Below are positions 42,270 through 56,759 of a stretch of DNA of 64,000 bases, one piece after another. Made by a program: the position numbers and the translations under genes. Origin of the DNA: the human T2T-CHM13v2.0 reference genome, Homo sapiens; assembly GCF_009914755.1 (NCBI RefSeq), contig NC_060927.1. The stretch is one strand, 5' to 3'. The first letter of the stretch is position 1; the number at the start of each line of letters is the position of its first letter. The notes beneath the pieces were generated by a model. The model made no database searches and was not told where the DNA came from. It worked only from the letters and a program-made list of their open reading frames with translations.

Positions 42270-44069
42270 ATATACCCCATGCATATATATATACATATGT
42301 AACTACTATGTTCCTACAAAAATTAAAAATTAAAAAAAGAATTCAAGGAGTCCACTAAATTTGACAATAAAAAAGGAAATCTCAGAACTTCGTAGAGAAA
42401 TATCAAAACATTGCAAAGAGAAAACCAACAAAAAAGCCACCATTTTATTGGCTAAAAAAATCGCTTCCCACATCAGTTTAATAATTCTTTTAAGAATCTG
42501 TGTTGTGAAAAGAGCTCACAAGGCAGTTAGGAAGAAGTGGTATTTGATTGTAAAAGAACAGTATGCAGAAGCTGCTTGTCTGTGGGTGATTGATGCTTTG
42601 TATTTTTTAAATGTAGTTTCGTTGTAATTTTAGGTAAAGAAGATGTAATTCATGTTTAAATCTCAATTAGCTGCAAATCAAAAGGTGGAAATATTAAGTA
42701 CTATGTCTGTAGAAGCAAATACCAACATCTAAGACCAAAAAAGAGTCATTAATATTATTTATTAGTAGTATTATACGAAAAGTGGATTCAGTGATTTTTT
42801 TATGGAGACTAGAGAGGATGAGGAGGATGATTCAAGAAGCTGAATTAACTAACCTTCGTGTTTCTCTCACAATTTTAAGACAAGATGAAGCAGTACAAAA
42901 AAACTGCCCCCGGAAAATCACAGTCCCATTGAAGCTTGAAGTTTTTAGACTCTTGTGAGAATGCTAACTAAAGCAAGCATTTAGAGGTATAGACTGCCTC
43001 CCAGAATCTAGAGAGATATGTCATCCCTTAGAGAGCCAGCAAATCAACTTGGGGCAATTAATATTTTTAAATATTATATTCACAGAAAATATGTGTGTTT
43101 TCATGTTATATCCCCAAAATGAAAGACTCTCTCTCTCTTCAAATATATATATGTATGCTTATATGTGTATATATATATGTGCTTATATACATATATGCTT
43201 ATGCTTATATATAGGCATAAATTCTTAATCATGCTGAATCACAGAAGCCCTCAACTCAACTTATCTGAAATGTTGTAGTTAATTTTTTGATGATGACTAA
43301 CCCTAGGTCCAAGTCTCTAGTAGACACTTGTTGCTTCTTCCAAGGGAATAAATGATGAATTTCCTTAGCATTGAATTACATATGTAGATATAATATTTAT
43401 TTCTCATAGTGCACCATTGGAGTAAAAACAAAAATAAAAACCAAAAAATAAAATAAAAAGAGAGAGAGATAAAGAGATGGAGAGAGAGAGAGAGGCTGGT
43501 GGGGGATTTATTAGCAAGAGTTTATACCGTAACCAAGAGCAGCTATTTTGAGAATGCAACATTTTTTTTCAAGTATTTTTATGTAGGAGCATCACTCTGA
43601 TTCATACCTCTGTCATGGTGAAAGAAGGTGACCTGAAGGCATATTTGTGATGCATTTGGCTATCATAATTTGGAGCATGTTTGCCTGGTATGCAGTAATG
43701 ATACATAGTTACAGTTACTTAGAGTTCCTTAGAGATCCCACTGTAGAAAATGGATATCATTTGAATCTTGGATGCAGTCATCCAATTTTTCTATTGTTCA
43801 TTAAGCAGCATTGGTGGTGAGTTATGTGGAGAAATTCTATAAATATTAATATCTTATGTCATTACAAGTAGTAGTTTCCAGCTTATTATTCTCAAGTATT
43901 TTCTAAAAATTGAATTCTAGGAAAGTTAAAATATTGTTTAAGTATAAGAATGTATTGTAGAAACAAATTAAGTTGAATGATCATTGCCAGTGACAACAGA
44001 AGCTTCCTTACAGTTAATTGCATTTTTTAGCCTTTTCTTCAATTAAGTTCTTGCTGAATATACTTCATA

Positions 44070-44270
44070 GTGTAGTAAAATACTGTAACTTTTAAAGTCA
44101 GACTTGAATTCAAGAACTGAGTCTCCAATTTAACAGTTTGGTTTTATTAGGCAATTATATGATTTCCTTAAACCTCAGTTTCTTCAGTTGTAAAATGTGA
44201 ACATCGGTTTTTTAGAATTTGTTTTGAAGATTAAGTGATAACACATATTAAGCATAAAGCACAGAGAAAG
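44070..44270 (+). mobile_element. MIR SINE
   Basis: agtcagacttgaattcaa...ggcaatt...aacctcagtttcttcagttgtaaaatg...gaagattaagtgata. Confidence 0.75.
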
Positions 44271-44698
44271 TACTAATACTCTACTCCTTAAGTCAGTTTA
44301 AAACTCACTAATCAAAAGGAGAGAAACCTTTCGTCATCTGCTTATTCGAAATGTGAATTTTCTGAAGTAGCCAGATCCCTGTGGCTGAGATAGAAATTTG
44401 CAGTATTTCTTCCCTCAACATGTGGGGCAAAAGAGGAAAATTGGGATAGAGGAAAGTAGGATGACAGAAGTGCTGCCATTCAATGGTGACTGCCTGTCCT
44501 ACCTGGTCATAACTTTCTTTCTGGCTGAGAGACTCAGATCTCTAAGGCCTGTAATAAATAAGGTTTACTATTTTGTCAAAATGTTTTCCTATGTTTCCTG
44601 TATTATCATTTTATAAATTATTGTGTATACAGTGTGCACAATATATATTGCAATATGCACCAATATATTGCAACAGCTAGCATGACACAAATACAATA

Positions 44699-45318
44699 TA
44701 GTCATGTGTTGCTTAACTACAGGGATACTTTCTGAGAAATGCATTTCATCTTTGTTCAAACATCTTAGAGTGTACTTACACAAACCTCAATGATATGGCC
44801 TACTACACACCTATGCTATATGGTGTGAACTATTGTTCATAGGCTGCAAACCTGTGAAGCCAGATACTGTACTGAATACTGTAGGCAACTGTAACACAAT
44901 GGTACCTATGTGTGTATCTACACATAGATATGCCAAGTATGTGGCATCTTGTCTTTCTCTCTCTCACACACACACAGTTGTATGAAAACATAGCACATCC
45001 GAACACAATAAAATTTTTCTAATATGTTGTCTTTGTCTTTCAAACTTATGAATTCTTTATTTCTACATGAATTTAGCATTTGTTTCCTGAGCTAAAAGCA
45101 AGTAGATCCAAATAAAGAGATACTTGTTTTTCAAACACCTTACTACAGTCTGCCTAAGAATATATTATTATTGTATTTTTAAAATCTCATACTTCTTTGG
45201 ACCCTACTTTAATTTTTCTGTTACCTGTTTTCAGTAAAAATATAGTATTATAATATTTTGGGACCATCACATATGTGGTCCATTGTTGACTGAAATATTA
45301 TTATTCTGTGCATGACTG
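44699..45318 (+). mobile_element. Tigger3a (MER7A/Golem) MITE interrupted by about 300 bp of foreign DNA
   Basis: Termini tagtcatg...catgactg with TA on both sides; internal gagtgtacttacacaaacct...tactgtactgaatactgtaggcaactgtaacacaatggt. Confidence 0.88.
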
Positions 45319-46304
45319 TACAGATACGGTATACTCATAACGTCTGTTTATAAAGAGTAGCAAATAATTCACTCTTTTCTGAGTTCCTAGTATCTACCAA
45401 CAAACTTAGAAACAATTATTGATTTTAATACTCTCCCAAATCCTATCAAGTTAGTCTGCTTAAAAATTACTTCATTCATTCAAAGTTTTTAAAAAAATTA
45501 ACCTAATCTGTTGCAGTTAAGTACAGTACTTAAACAACTTCTCAATTTTATAGCTTAATTTGAACTATTCATATGATGGAAGTAACAAGTTACAGGGCTC
45601 TGTGAGGATCAAATGGATCATTGCTTTTAAAAATCACAGAGAGTATTGACATGAAGCAGTGACTCAATAGTAGTCTGCAACTAGTATTATTTATAATAAC
45701 TAATAGTAACTACTATTAATTACTATTACCCTGTAGTTATGAATACTAACAGTATTCATATTGTAAATATATTTTATTATATATTTTAATTCTTTTTTTG
45801 TAAAATATTAAATATTCTATTATCTCCTCTAGGATTATTAAAAAATATTATGTGCTCTAGATGAATTATCTTCATGTAGTAGTTAAATGTGGTTATACAT
45901 TCCAACCTAGATTTTAAGCTTAAACTTTGTGCCTTTGTGATAGATGGTATATGACATTTCTAATTGATTTCTAGAGAAATTATTCAATTTTTAATTTATT
46001 CTTATCATATAATAATAGATTATTATTTCACAAATTATATCCTAGAGTAAATAACTTCTAGATAGATGAAAACAATTGTAAATTAAAATTATCAAATTTT
46101 CACTAAATTCTTATCTACCTGATTTATTCAAAGGGCATGTAGGCTAGGGTTTCTGGTAACCAAATCTACATTTATCTCCATATTTAGCCCAGACACTCTC
46201 ATTATAATTTTGTCTTACTTTTTAGTGTCAAACAATGTGCAACAATCCGGGGACATTTAACACAGATGCATTTGGACCCACTGCTCACTCATAATGAGAA
46301 CTTC

Positions 46305-46528
46305 TAAAACTTTATCAAATTCATTTATCAAATCAAATATTTTTTATTGAGTTTTTAGGGTTTTTTAGGTATAAGAACATATCATCAGAGAAAAGAGATA
46401 AATTAATTGCTTTTCCAATTTGGATGCCTTTAATTTTCTTGCCAGATTGCTCTGGCTAAGCTTCAAGCACTGTATTAAATAGGAGTGGTGAAAGTGAGCA
46501 TCCTCATTTTGTTCTAGTTCTTAGGGGA
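46305..46528 (-). mobile_element. L1 ORF2 (RT region) fragment
   Basis: ttttccaatttggatgcctt...gattgctctggcta...aataggagtggtgaaagtgagcatcct. Confidence 0.8.
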
Positions 46529-47350
46529 TTAAAATTTAGTTGTATTTTTTTAAGCTTACTTTTGAGATTTCTTTGTCTTTCTAAGCTCCAGTTTGCTTCA
46601 ACTATTTTTTATAATAATAATATATATTGACACTGAAAAAATGCCTTTTGTTTAGCACCTAATAATATTTCATGCAAAATTCTCTAAAGATTTTTAAGAC
46701 CTTTGTAGATTATGTAGGTTTTTCACTAATTCAAGTCCATTTATGACAAAATATACCAGTGTCTTTGCCTTAGTACATTTCCTATCACACTGTAACATTC
46801 TTTTTGAAAAATATATTTTATAAAAATACTGTGTGGCATCTTCTTAGTTCTTAATTATGTTTTTAAAACTTCCAGGTGTTGCCTTAGATTTTCATTAAAA
46901 AATGATTATTTTAATGTTATGTTAATTTCTGTGTTGCTAAGATATTATTTTTTATTAGTCTGAACTAAAATTAGAGTTCCAAATCTTATTCTTTAGCTTG
47001 ATATCCTTTTAAAACTATATGGAATAATAATTTAATATGTATATTAAATGAATATAAATATTTCATGTGTACAGATAATAGAAAATAAAGATTAAATTAA
47101 AAAGTTAGATCATGTGCTTGATTATTCAGAATCATTTTAAGAAGAGTTATCAAATGATAAAAACAGAATATCAGGAATTAACTAGCCATTTTTTATAATG
47201 TTCATTCTCACTTTTTTTTTAACCTTTGCTTGTTACAGAAGCAATTTGCTTCTGTTCATCTATATTCCTATGTATCTTACATCAATAATTCTTGTTTCTT
47301 TTTTAAATAATTTCAACTTTTTTTTAGATTCAGAGGGTACATGTGCAGAT

Positions 47351-47504
47351 CTTTCTCTCTCTCTCTCTTTCTCTCTCTTTCATTCTTTCTTTTTTTGATT
47401 TTTACTGGCATGTTCTTGCTATGTTGGCCAGGTTGGTCTTGAAATCTTGGCCTCCCAAAGTCCCAAAATGCTAGAAATACAGATGTGAGCCACAGCACCC
47501 AGCC
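47351..47504 (-). mobile_element. FLAM-like Alu left monomer with a CT-rich tail
   Basis: tcttgctatgttggccaggttggtcttgaa...gtgagccacagcacccagcc; tgcag on both flanks. Confidence 0.8.
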
Positions 47505-47834
47505 TGCAGGTTTGTTACATGGGTATATTGTATGTCAGTGAGGTTTGGGGTATGAATGATGCAATCACCCAGTATAGTACCCAATAGGTAGTTTTTTTTT
47601 TAGTTCTTGATCCTGTCTCTCCTCTCTCTAGTAGTCTCCAGTGTCTGTTTATTCCATCTTTATGTCTATGTGTACCGAATGTTTAGCATCCATTTATAAG
47701 TGAGAATATGTAGCATTTGATTCTTTCTTTCTGTGCTAATTTGCTTAGGATAATGACCTCAAGCTGCATCCATGTTGCTGCAAAGTACATGATTTCCTTC
47801 TTATGGCTGTATAGTACTCCATGATGTATATATA

Positions 47835-47914
47835 TAACATTGGTCCAAAAGTAGTTGTGGTTTTGTAATTTAAAAGAAATAGCAAAAAATGCAATTACTT
47901 TTGCACCAACCTAA
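47835..47914. mobile_element. MADE1 (Hsmar1-derived 80-bp MITE)
   Basis: ttggtccaaaagtagttgtggtttt...aaaaaatgcaattacttttgcaccaacctaa; inverted termini in a TA context. Confidence 0.9.
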
Positions 47915-49279
47915 TGTATATATTACGTTTTTTCCAAGATATGATTAATATATTTTCCAATATATTATATTACATATTCTTTTATAATATGTATGTATTA
48001 GATTTTCCTTTTTCTAATCCACTATTTATGGGCACCTAGGTTGATTTTATGCCTTTGCTATGGTTAATAAAGCTGCAATGAACATATACGTGATGTGTCT
48101 TTTCGTTAAAATGATTTCTTTCCTTTGTGTGTATACCCACTAATAGGATGGCTGGGTAGAGTGGTAGTTCTATTTTAAGTTCCCTGAGAAATATCCTAAC
48201 TGCTTCCCTTGTGGCTGAACTAATTTATATTTCAATCAACAGTGTATAAGCATTCCTTTTTATTGGCAGCCTTGCCAGAATCTGCTATTTTTTGACTTTT
48301 TATTAATAGCCATACTGACTTGTGTGAGATAGTATCTCCTTGTGGTTTTTAATATTTAAGGTCTTATATTTAAATCTTTCACCCATAGTATCTCATTGTG
48401 GTTTTGATATACCTTTCTCTGATGATTACTGATGATGAGCATGTTTTCATATGTTTGAGAAGAGTTTGTTCATATAATTTGTCCATATAAAGAGGTTGTT
48501 TGTGTTTTGCCTGTTGAATTGCTTAAGTTCCTTGTAGATTCTGGATATTAGACTTTTTTTGGATGCATAGTTTGTGAACATTTTCTCCCATTCTGTAGGT
48601 TGTCTGTTTACTCTGTTGGTGTTTCCTTATACTGTGTAGAAGCTCTTTAGTTAAGTTAGGTTTCACTTGTCATTTTTGTTTTTTTCTTTTTCTTGAAATT
48701 GCTTTTGAGGACTTAGTCATAAATTATTTGCCAATGCTGATGTCCAGAAGGGTATTACCTAAGTTTTTTTCTAGGATTTTTAATGTATAACGTGGTATTT
48801 AAATCTTTTACCCATATTACACTTGTATGTGGTGAAACAAAGGGGTCCAGTTTCATTCTTCTGTATATGGCTGGTCAGTTACCCCAGCAACATTTATTGA
48901 ACAGGAGTCTTTTCTCTATTGTTTATTTTTGTCAATTTTGTCAAACATCAGAGGGTTGTAGGTGTGTGGCTTTATTTATGTGTTTTTTATTCTGTTCCCT
49001 TTCTGTATGTTTCTGCTTTTATACCAGTACAATGCAGTTTTGGTTACTGTACCCTTACAGAAAGTCAGTAATGTGATGTCTCTGGCTTTGTTCCTTTTGC
49101 CTAGAATTGTTTTGGCCAGTCGGGCTCTTTTTGGTTCTATATGAACTTTAGAATAGTTTTTTTTTTTTCTAATTCTGTGAAAAATGACATTGGTAGTTTT
49201 ATAGGAGTACTGTGGAAGATGTAGATTGCTTTGGGCAGAATGGCCATTTTAATGATACAATAGTTATTTTTAATGCCTT

Positions 49280-50092
<813 letters not shown>

Positions 50093-53000
50093 TACTAATG
50101 TTTATTCTTATTATTTTCTTCTCATAGAATGCCATGTATCACTAACACCAACTACCCAGTTATTATAACACCTACAACAGATGCCAACAAATTTTTGAAT
50201 TTGTCTGGATATCCACAACTCATATATCATTGTTGTTTGAGTAATTATTTTTTAATATTTAAATCTTGCCTTATGATATGTGAGGAATTACATATTTTAT
50301 CTATCCTACAAAATTTTAAGAGGTAGGAACGGTTTTATGTATATGTATAAATATACCTCAGTACTAATACTACCATATAATTACTTTATATATACTACCA
50401 ATACTACCCATATAATTACTTTAAAAACTCATTGGATAATTGACCAAAAAACAGATAAGTTATTAAGGCCAAGTAATCAAGAAAGAGAAAATGAGAAGTT
50501 ATCTACTAAATTTATTGGGAATTATTTTAAAACTATATATATAGTTTTATATATTTTTTATATATATTTATATATTTTATATATTTTATATATATATATA
50601 AAATACTGTTGCTACCAAAAAAATAATAAATGACAAAATCTCCAACGCATAAGGAAGAGTAAGCTATTTGTCACACATTTATTTTCAATTAAAATAATGG
50701 AATCTCACATACAGATATATCTGTTATAGTGTCATATTGCACTTTAGTACACATTACCTCATTTTGTCTTCACAGACGCACATGTAGAATGCCTTTCTAC
50801 TGTTGTTATCCTGATGAAGAAAAGATAGTTTAAGGAGTTAAATAACTAATAAGAGTTTTAGAGCTAATAAGAAATAGAGTCTGTATTTGGAAACAAACAA
50901 AAACTTTATCTGTGATTACAAGACTCCTGCTGTTTCTCCTGCACCATAATAACTTGTTGTTTTATCCATGAAGTTCCTCATGCTTAATAACTTTCTTATG
51001 CTCAACCAGTTGTTACAGGATGATGTATTGATACTAGAGCGCAGACTTTATTGTTTAGCTATTGTTTTCATTATGTCACTCATTTAAAAAATAATGGTAT
51101 TTATGATGTAAATAAGATAGGAAGAAGAGGAAGTAAAGAGACAAACATAAAATAATCTGCACAATTATTATATATACAAATCCTCACAAACATAGGCCAA
51201 TGTGTATTGGGTGTATGTAAAGTTGCAGAGTTAACATTTCTGTAAGTAATATCCTTTAGAGCAAGATTTGAACTTTTAAAATCACATCTGATATAACTTT
51301 CTTGACTCTCAATGTAAACAGTGGAATAATAGCATTATCTCCAACAGGAGCTAAAGAAATATTTATATTTTTTGATGTAGTATGAAATAAGATCTACTAG
51401 TGTTGATTGCTCACTACCATTCAAGTTCATTAAGTATGGCTCTTCAAAATATTCAATCTTCTAACAAAATATTCACTACACTAACAAAAAATAAGATAAA
51501 AATAACGACATGCTGTATTTTTGATTGATTTGTTTTTAACCCTTAAACTATCTGTAAATTTTCAAAAACACTTCAACGGATTAATCATGGAGTATAGAAA
51601 AAGAGGAGTGTGCATTAGAATTTGTGGCAAAAGTTATTACACAAGTCATCTAATTTTTTATTACAGTTCTGTATATACTACTATTTAGAGATTGAGATTA
51701 GTCATATGTGCTGCATACTTTGTTTGTTTTAACAGTTCATATATTTATATAATTTAGTCTCATTTTAAAAACCTATTCTGCCATGTTAACATAACTTCTT
51801 CAGCCACTGGATTTTCTTTAAATGGAACCAGAACTTGAAGTGGTTTTCATTTAAGGATGATATACTTAAATACTTAATTGTACACTTCTCTAATCAAACT
51901 TTTTACCCTGATTTTCATAATCTAACTCTTATTATCTTCCTTTCGTCCTGTTACTATCACTCAGAGGCATTTAACTTCAGCGAGGAAAACCTTGTTTTAT
52001 TTCTTGAGCATAAAAGCTTTTTATTGCAAATGTTTAGATAAACTGTTTTCTTTTTCTGGAATGATCTTACCCTCAATACCTTAGATAGTGGGATCCTTCT
52101 CACTTTTGAAGTTTCATATTAAGTATCATCTCCTCCGAATATAGTTCCTTAGTATTTCAGTAGACTGTAAAACAAACAACAAAAAACACACAAACAAAAT
52201 ACCTCATTGCCCTCAATCATGAATTTTTGTCCCTTTCTCATCAGTATCCATATTTTTAATTCAAAAGTTATTTTCTTTTTTATTTCAGTTACTGCAATTT
52301 TGAAAAACAACTGGAAAAATATAAGTACCCAATTTCTTATTTTGAGGTCTGGAAAAAAATCAATACATTAAAAGACATACTGAATCAAAAGTAGGATTTA
52401 AGATGACTGAGAGAATTGGTATTGAAGACATAACTATACATAGATGTGTTGACATTATTTTTGTATATTTATTATTGTCAATTCAGTGACTGATAGAAAG
52501 ATGCACAATACTATGTAACAAACTTGCTCCTACCCCTTGGAAACAGATCATCTAAATTTGCTGATTTGGGTTTATTCAAATATTCAAGAATCCCTGTCAG
52601 GTTTGGTCAATAGCATTTTTGCAAAGACATCATTATTTTCTAAATTTCTATCATTTTTCTAATTTAAAAATTATTTGTACAAGTAGTTTCAACAACTCAG
52701 CCATTTTGAACTTACTAATTTTAAGCTTGTCCTTATTAATTAGTAGCCTATTTTTGCATCATTGCTTATCTCCTGATAAATTCAAAGCAAACACAATTTT
52801 AAAGCCATTGTACCAGTATAAGCTTTTTGCCCCTTTTATTTATTTTATCCATGGAAGCTTTTCTATTTTCTACTATTCTTTTCTATTTTCTATTACTATA
52901 CCGTTTTCACCCTTAAACATATAGAAAAGTTCCTAGTAATAACATCTCCTTATTTACAGCAGTATGTTAGTAGCAATCACAAAAAGGGGGGATGAGAGGT

Positions 53001-53672
53001 TTTGTATTCTTTTTAAAGACAATTAATTAATATTTAGAAGTTATCTTCACGGATTTACCGATCTGATAATTTGCTAAACCCAAAATTCCAACAAGTAACA
53101 GGAAAGAAAGAAAAAAATGATTACAAAATATCAGGAATGAAAAATAATTTTATGTCTAATTTAAGGTTATTAGTTCAACCTATATTGACTAAACAGCTAG
53201 ACAAACAAATAAATAATTGTTGACTGTCTGGCACTTTCTTCCAAGAATCTACAAATTACTGCATCCAGAGGAACTGGCTACAATATACCCTATATGCCCA
53301 TTTTATAATGCATGGTCCCCTTAGGTCCTGCTTAACTTTAAGTTTGGCTTCTGGCCAATGTGAAATAAACTAAGGGAACATGTCTCAAATATTTAATTAC
53401 TGTTATATGGGATTGTTATGCCCCTGCTCACATTATTGTGTTTTTTTATTTTCTAATTTTTCATAATATTTTACGAATGTTTGTTGTTGTTTTTAAGGAA
53501 AAAAATATTAGAAACTCTGATACTTAGTACTGCCTTCTGTTATGAATATTTTCATTACCCAGGCTTAATAAAGCAGTAGCAAATAGTTTTTAGAATTTCT
53601 ACATTACATGTTTTAATTTGTTTTCTTTCTTCCTTTCCATCATTTTTTTCTCTCTTTAAGAAATATAGTCTC

Positions 53673-53987
53673 AGCCGGGCATGGTGGCTCATGCTTGTAA
53701 TTCCAGCACTTTGGGAGGCTGAGGCGGGCGGATCACGAGGTCAGGAGTTTGAGACCAGCCTGGCCAACACAGTGAAACCTCGTCTAATAAAAATACAAAA
53801 ATTAGCTGGGCGTGGTGGCAAGCGCCTGTAATCCCTGCTACTTGGGAGGCTGAGACAGAAGAATCGCTTGAACTCGGGAGGTGGAGGTTGCAGTGAGCCA
53901 AGATTGCACTCCAGCCTGGGCAACAGAGCTAGACTCCGTTTCAAAAAGAATAAAAAGGAAAATAAATAAATAAATAAATAAAATAAA
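53673..53987 (+). mobile_element. AluS (Sg-like) inserted in an antisense Alu monomer
   Basis: Full dimer; 15-bp TSD aagaaatatagtctc at 53658 and 53988. Confidence 0.95.
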
Positions 53988-54002
53988 AAGAAATATAGTC
54001 TC

Positions 54003-54139
54003 AATGTATTGCCCAGGCTGGAGTGTAGTGCTGAGATGATTATAGTTCACTGCAGCTTCGAACTCCTAGGTTTAAGCTATCCACCTGACTCAGCTACCCC
54101 AGTAGCTGGGATTACAGGCATGAACCACCACACCCAGCC
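54003..54139 (-). mobile_element. FRAM/FAM-like or AluJ right monomer (tail displaced to about 53620-53672)
   Basis: ttgcccaggctggagtgtagtg...cactgcagcttcgaactcct...gtagctgggattacaggcatgaaccaccacacccagcc. Confidence 0.85.
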
Positions 54140-54379
54140 TTGTATATTTTAATTTCATAAATTTATCACTGAACTTACTACTATGTAACATCAGACCAGT
54201 CTCTGAATATGAAAACTGTCTTATTCAATGCTTTTGAGTTCTGTGATCTAACAGATTTAATTTTAATTTATCACTACTGTGCCTTCTTAATAATTGTCAT
54301 TCACATACTTCTAAGGAATATCTACTATAAAATATACTTATGATAACATTTTATATTTTTGCTTTATACATATGTACTT

Positions 54380-55880
54380 TTTTGCTTTCATTTAACATTA
54401 ATCAAGCTGACTTTTTTGGAGAATTGTGTAGTTGCATGAGTTATAACCATGCATAGATTTGTTTAACCACCACCATGATCAGAATATGGAACAGTTCTGT
54501 CACCCTAGAAAACTCCTCATAGCACCCTTTTGTAGTCCCATTATCTTCCACCACTGGCAACCACTGTGCTTTTTCTGTCTGTGTTTGTTTTTCTTGTCAA
54601 GAGTGTTGTGTAAATGGAATTACAACCTTTTGAATCTGATTTCTTTCACTCAAAGTGCCTGTGGGCTCAGGGGTTAGGTAGAGTTCTTAGACATGACACT
54701 GAACGTACAATCTATTTAAAAAATGAGAAATGCTATTTAAAAAAACTTAACAATTTGCTGTGTGGAAAACACCGTTAAAAGACTAGAAAAGTTAAGCTAC
54801 AGAAGAATAATTACTTTCAAATCATATATCTGGCAAACAAATTGTTTCCAGAATGTTTTAAAAACACTTTTGAAATTTGTAGAAAGAGGTTTTTATCTTT
54901 AAAAAAATGGAAATAATCAATGCTGATGAGGATGTGGAGAAAAAGGAAGACTTTTTCTCACTGTTGGTGAGAATGTAAATTAGTATGATTGCTGTGGATA
55001 ACAGTATGGGGGTTCCTCAAAGAAACAAAAATTGAACTACCATATGATGTTTCAGCTCCACTGTTAGGTCAATAACCACCCTCACCAAACAAAATGAGTA
55101 TATCAAAGTGATGTTTGAGCTCTCATGTTTATTGAAGCACTATTGATAATAGTCAAGATTTTGAATCAAACTAAGTATCCTTCAAGGGATAAATACATAA
55201 AGAAAATGTGGTGCGTACACCCAGTGGAACATGGTTCAGTGATTTTAAAAAAAAGAATTAAATCTGTCATTTGCAGCAACATGGATGGACTGGAGGACAT
55301 TATTTTAAGTAAAATATGCCAGGCACAGAAAGACAAATATGGCATGTTTTCACTTATGAGTGGGAGCTGAAATTAAAACAATTGATGTCATTGAGCTAGA
55401 GAATATAATTATGGTTACCAGAGGCTGAGAAGGGTAGCAAGGAGGTGAGATATGGTGAGGATGATTAATGGGTGTAAAAATATAGGTAGATAGAATGAAT
55501 AAGATCTAGTAGCTGTTAGGACAACAGGGCACCTACAGTCAACAATAATTTATTGTATATTTAAAAATAATTAGAAGAGTGGAATTGGAATGCTTCTAAC
55601 CACAAAGAAATGATAAGTGCTTGAGGTGATGGGTACCTCATTTATCCTGATTTGATTATTATACACTTTATGTTTGTATCAAAATATCACATGAACTCTA
55701 TAAATATATACACCTATTATGTACCCTTGATAACTAAAAAAATAAACAAAAGTAAAAACAAAGACTTTGTAGTAAGAAATATACAACTCCTTTTAAAAAA
55801 TGAGCAAAAGTCCCTGAGAAAATAGTTATTAAACATTTCATAAGCCAATGTTAGAAAGCAATATGCAATGTGCATGTTGA
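54380..55880. mobile_element. Old L1MC/MD-class element with inversion (antisense 54380-54660, sense from 54660), interrupted by L1MA
   Basis: Antisense 3'UTR (aaccaccaccatgatcagaatatggaacagtt) abuts sense ORF2 sequence (gagttcttagacatgacac). Confidence 0.6.
54888..55765 (+). mobile_element. 5'-truncated L1MA 3' end
   Basis: aatgctgatgaggatgtggagaaaaagga...L1MA 3'UTR...A tail; probable TSD tttgtagaaaga/tttgtagtaaga. Confidence 0.88.
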
Positions 55881-55959
55881 AGATTTTTTTTCTCCCGTTT
55901 TTCAAGTTCAGGTGTAAACTTCCCTAATAGATGTCTCTGCTTGCCTGCCTGCTGACTGC

Positions 55960-56397
55960 CTGCCTTCTTTCTTTTCTTTTCTTTTCTTTCTTTTTCTTTC
56001 TTTCTTTCTTTTTCTTTCTTTTTATTATTTCTTTCTTTCTTTCTTTCTTTCTTCTTTCTTTTTCTTTTTCTTTTCTTTTCTTTTCTTTTCTTTTGTTTTC
56101 TTTCATTTTATGTTTTCAGACAGGTCTCATTCTGTCACCCAGGCTAGAGTGCAGTGGTGTAATTCCGGTTCACTGTAACCTCAATCTCCTGGGCACAGGT
56201 GATCCTCTCACCTCAGCATTCCAAGTAGCTGGGACTACAGGTGCATGCCACCATACCCAGCTAATTTGTGTATTTTTTTTAGAAATGGGGTTTCTCCAGT
56301 TTGCCCAGGCTGGTCTTGAACTCCTGGGATCAAGTGATGCACTCACCTCAGCCTCCTAAAGTGCTAGGATTAGAGGGATGAGCCACTGCATCCAGCC
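55960..56397 (-). mobile_element. AluJ with a long (TTTC)n tail
   Basis: acaggtctcattctgtcacccaggct...gtgatcctctcacctcagc...ttgcccaggctggtcttgaactcctggg. Confidence 0.93.
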
Positions 56398-56759
56398 TCT
56401 ATTTGACTTTTCTTGATCCATCAAGTAGAGCTCTTCATTACTTTTCTGAAGCCATATTAGAGACTTCATAGGTGAGACAAATGTTACATTCCCTTTGCAG
56501 ATTTCTGAAAACGAAGTGACTATATTTGTTAAATTAAATTAAATGAACAAGCACACAGATGGGATGTAAAAGATCTATATTCAACAAAAAAAAATCATAA
56601 AAGCTAGTAAACTGTTGTACTATTTCCAGGTATATTGTCTCTTTTAATTTCTTCAATAAATCTTAATTTACAGCTATTTTGATCATTCTTTTATTTTAAA
56701 AATTATAAATACTTCTTACTAGAAAACCTAATATTAACTTCAATAATTGTATAAGGAGA

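Larger units (their letters stand above)
47300..49258 (-). mobile_element. L1PA15/16-L1PB-class 3' portion (3'UTR plus ORF2 C-terminus)
   Basis: agattcagagggtacatgtgcag...gtttgttacatgggtatattg; antisense ORF2 to attgctttgggcagaatggccattttaatgata. Confidence 0.9.
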
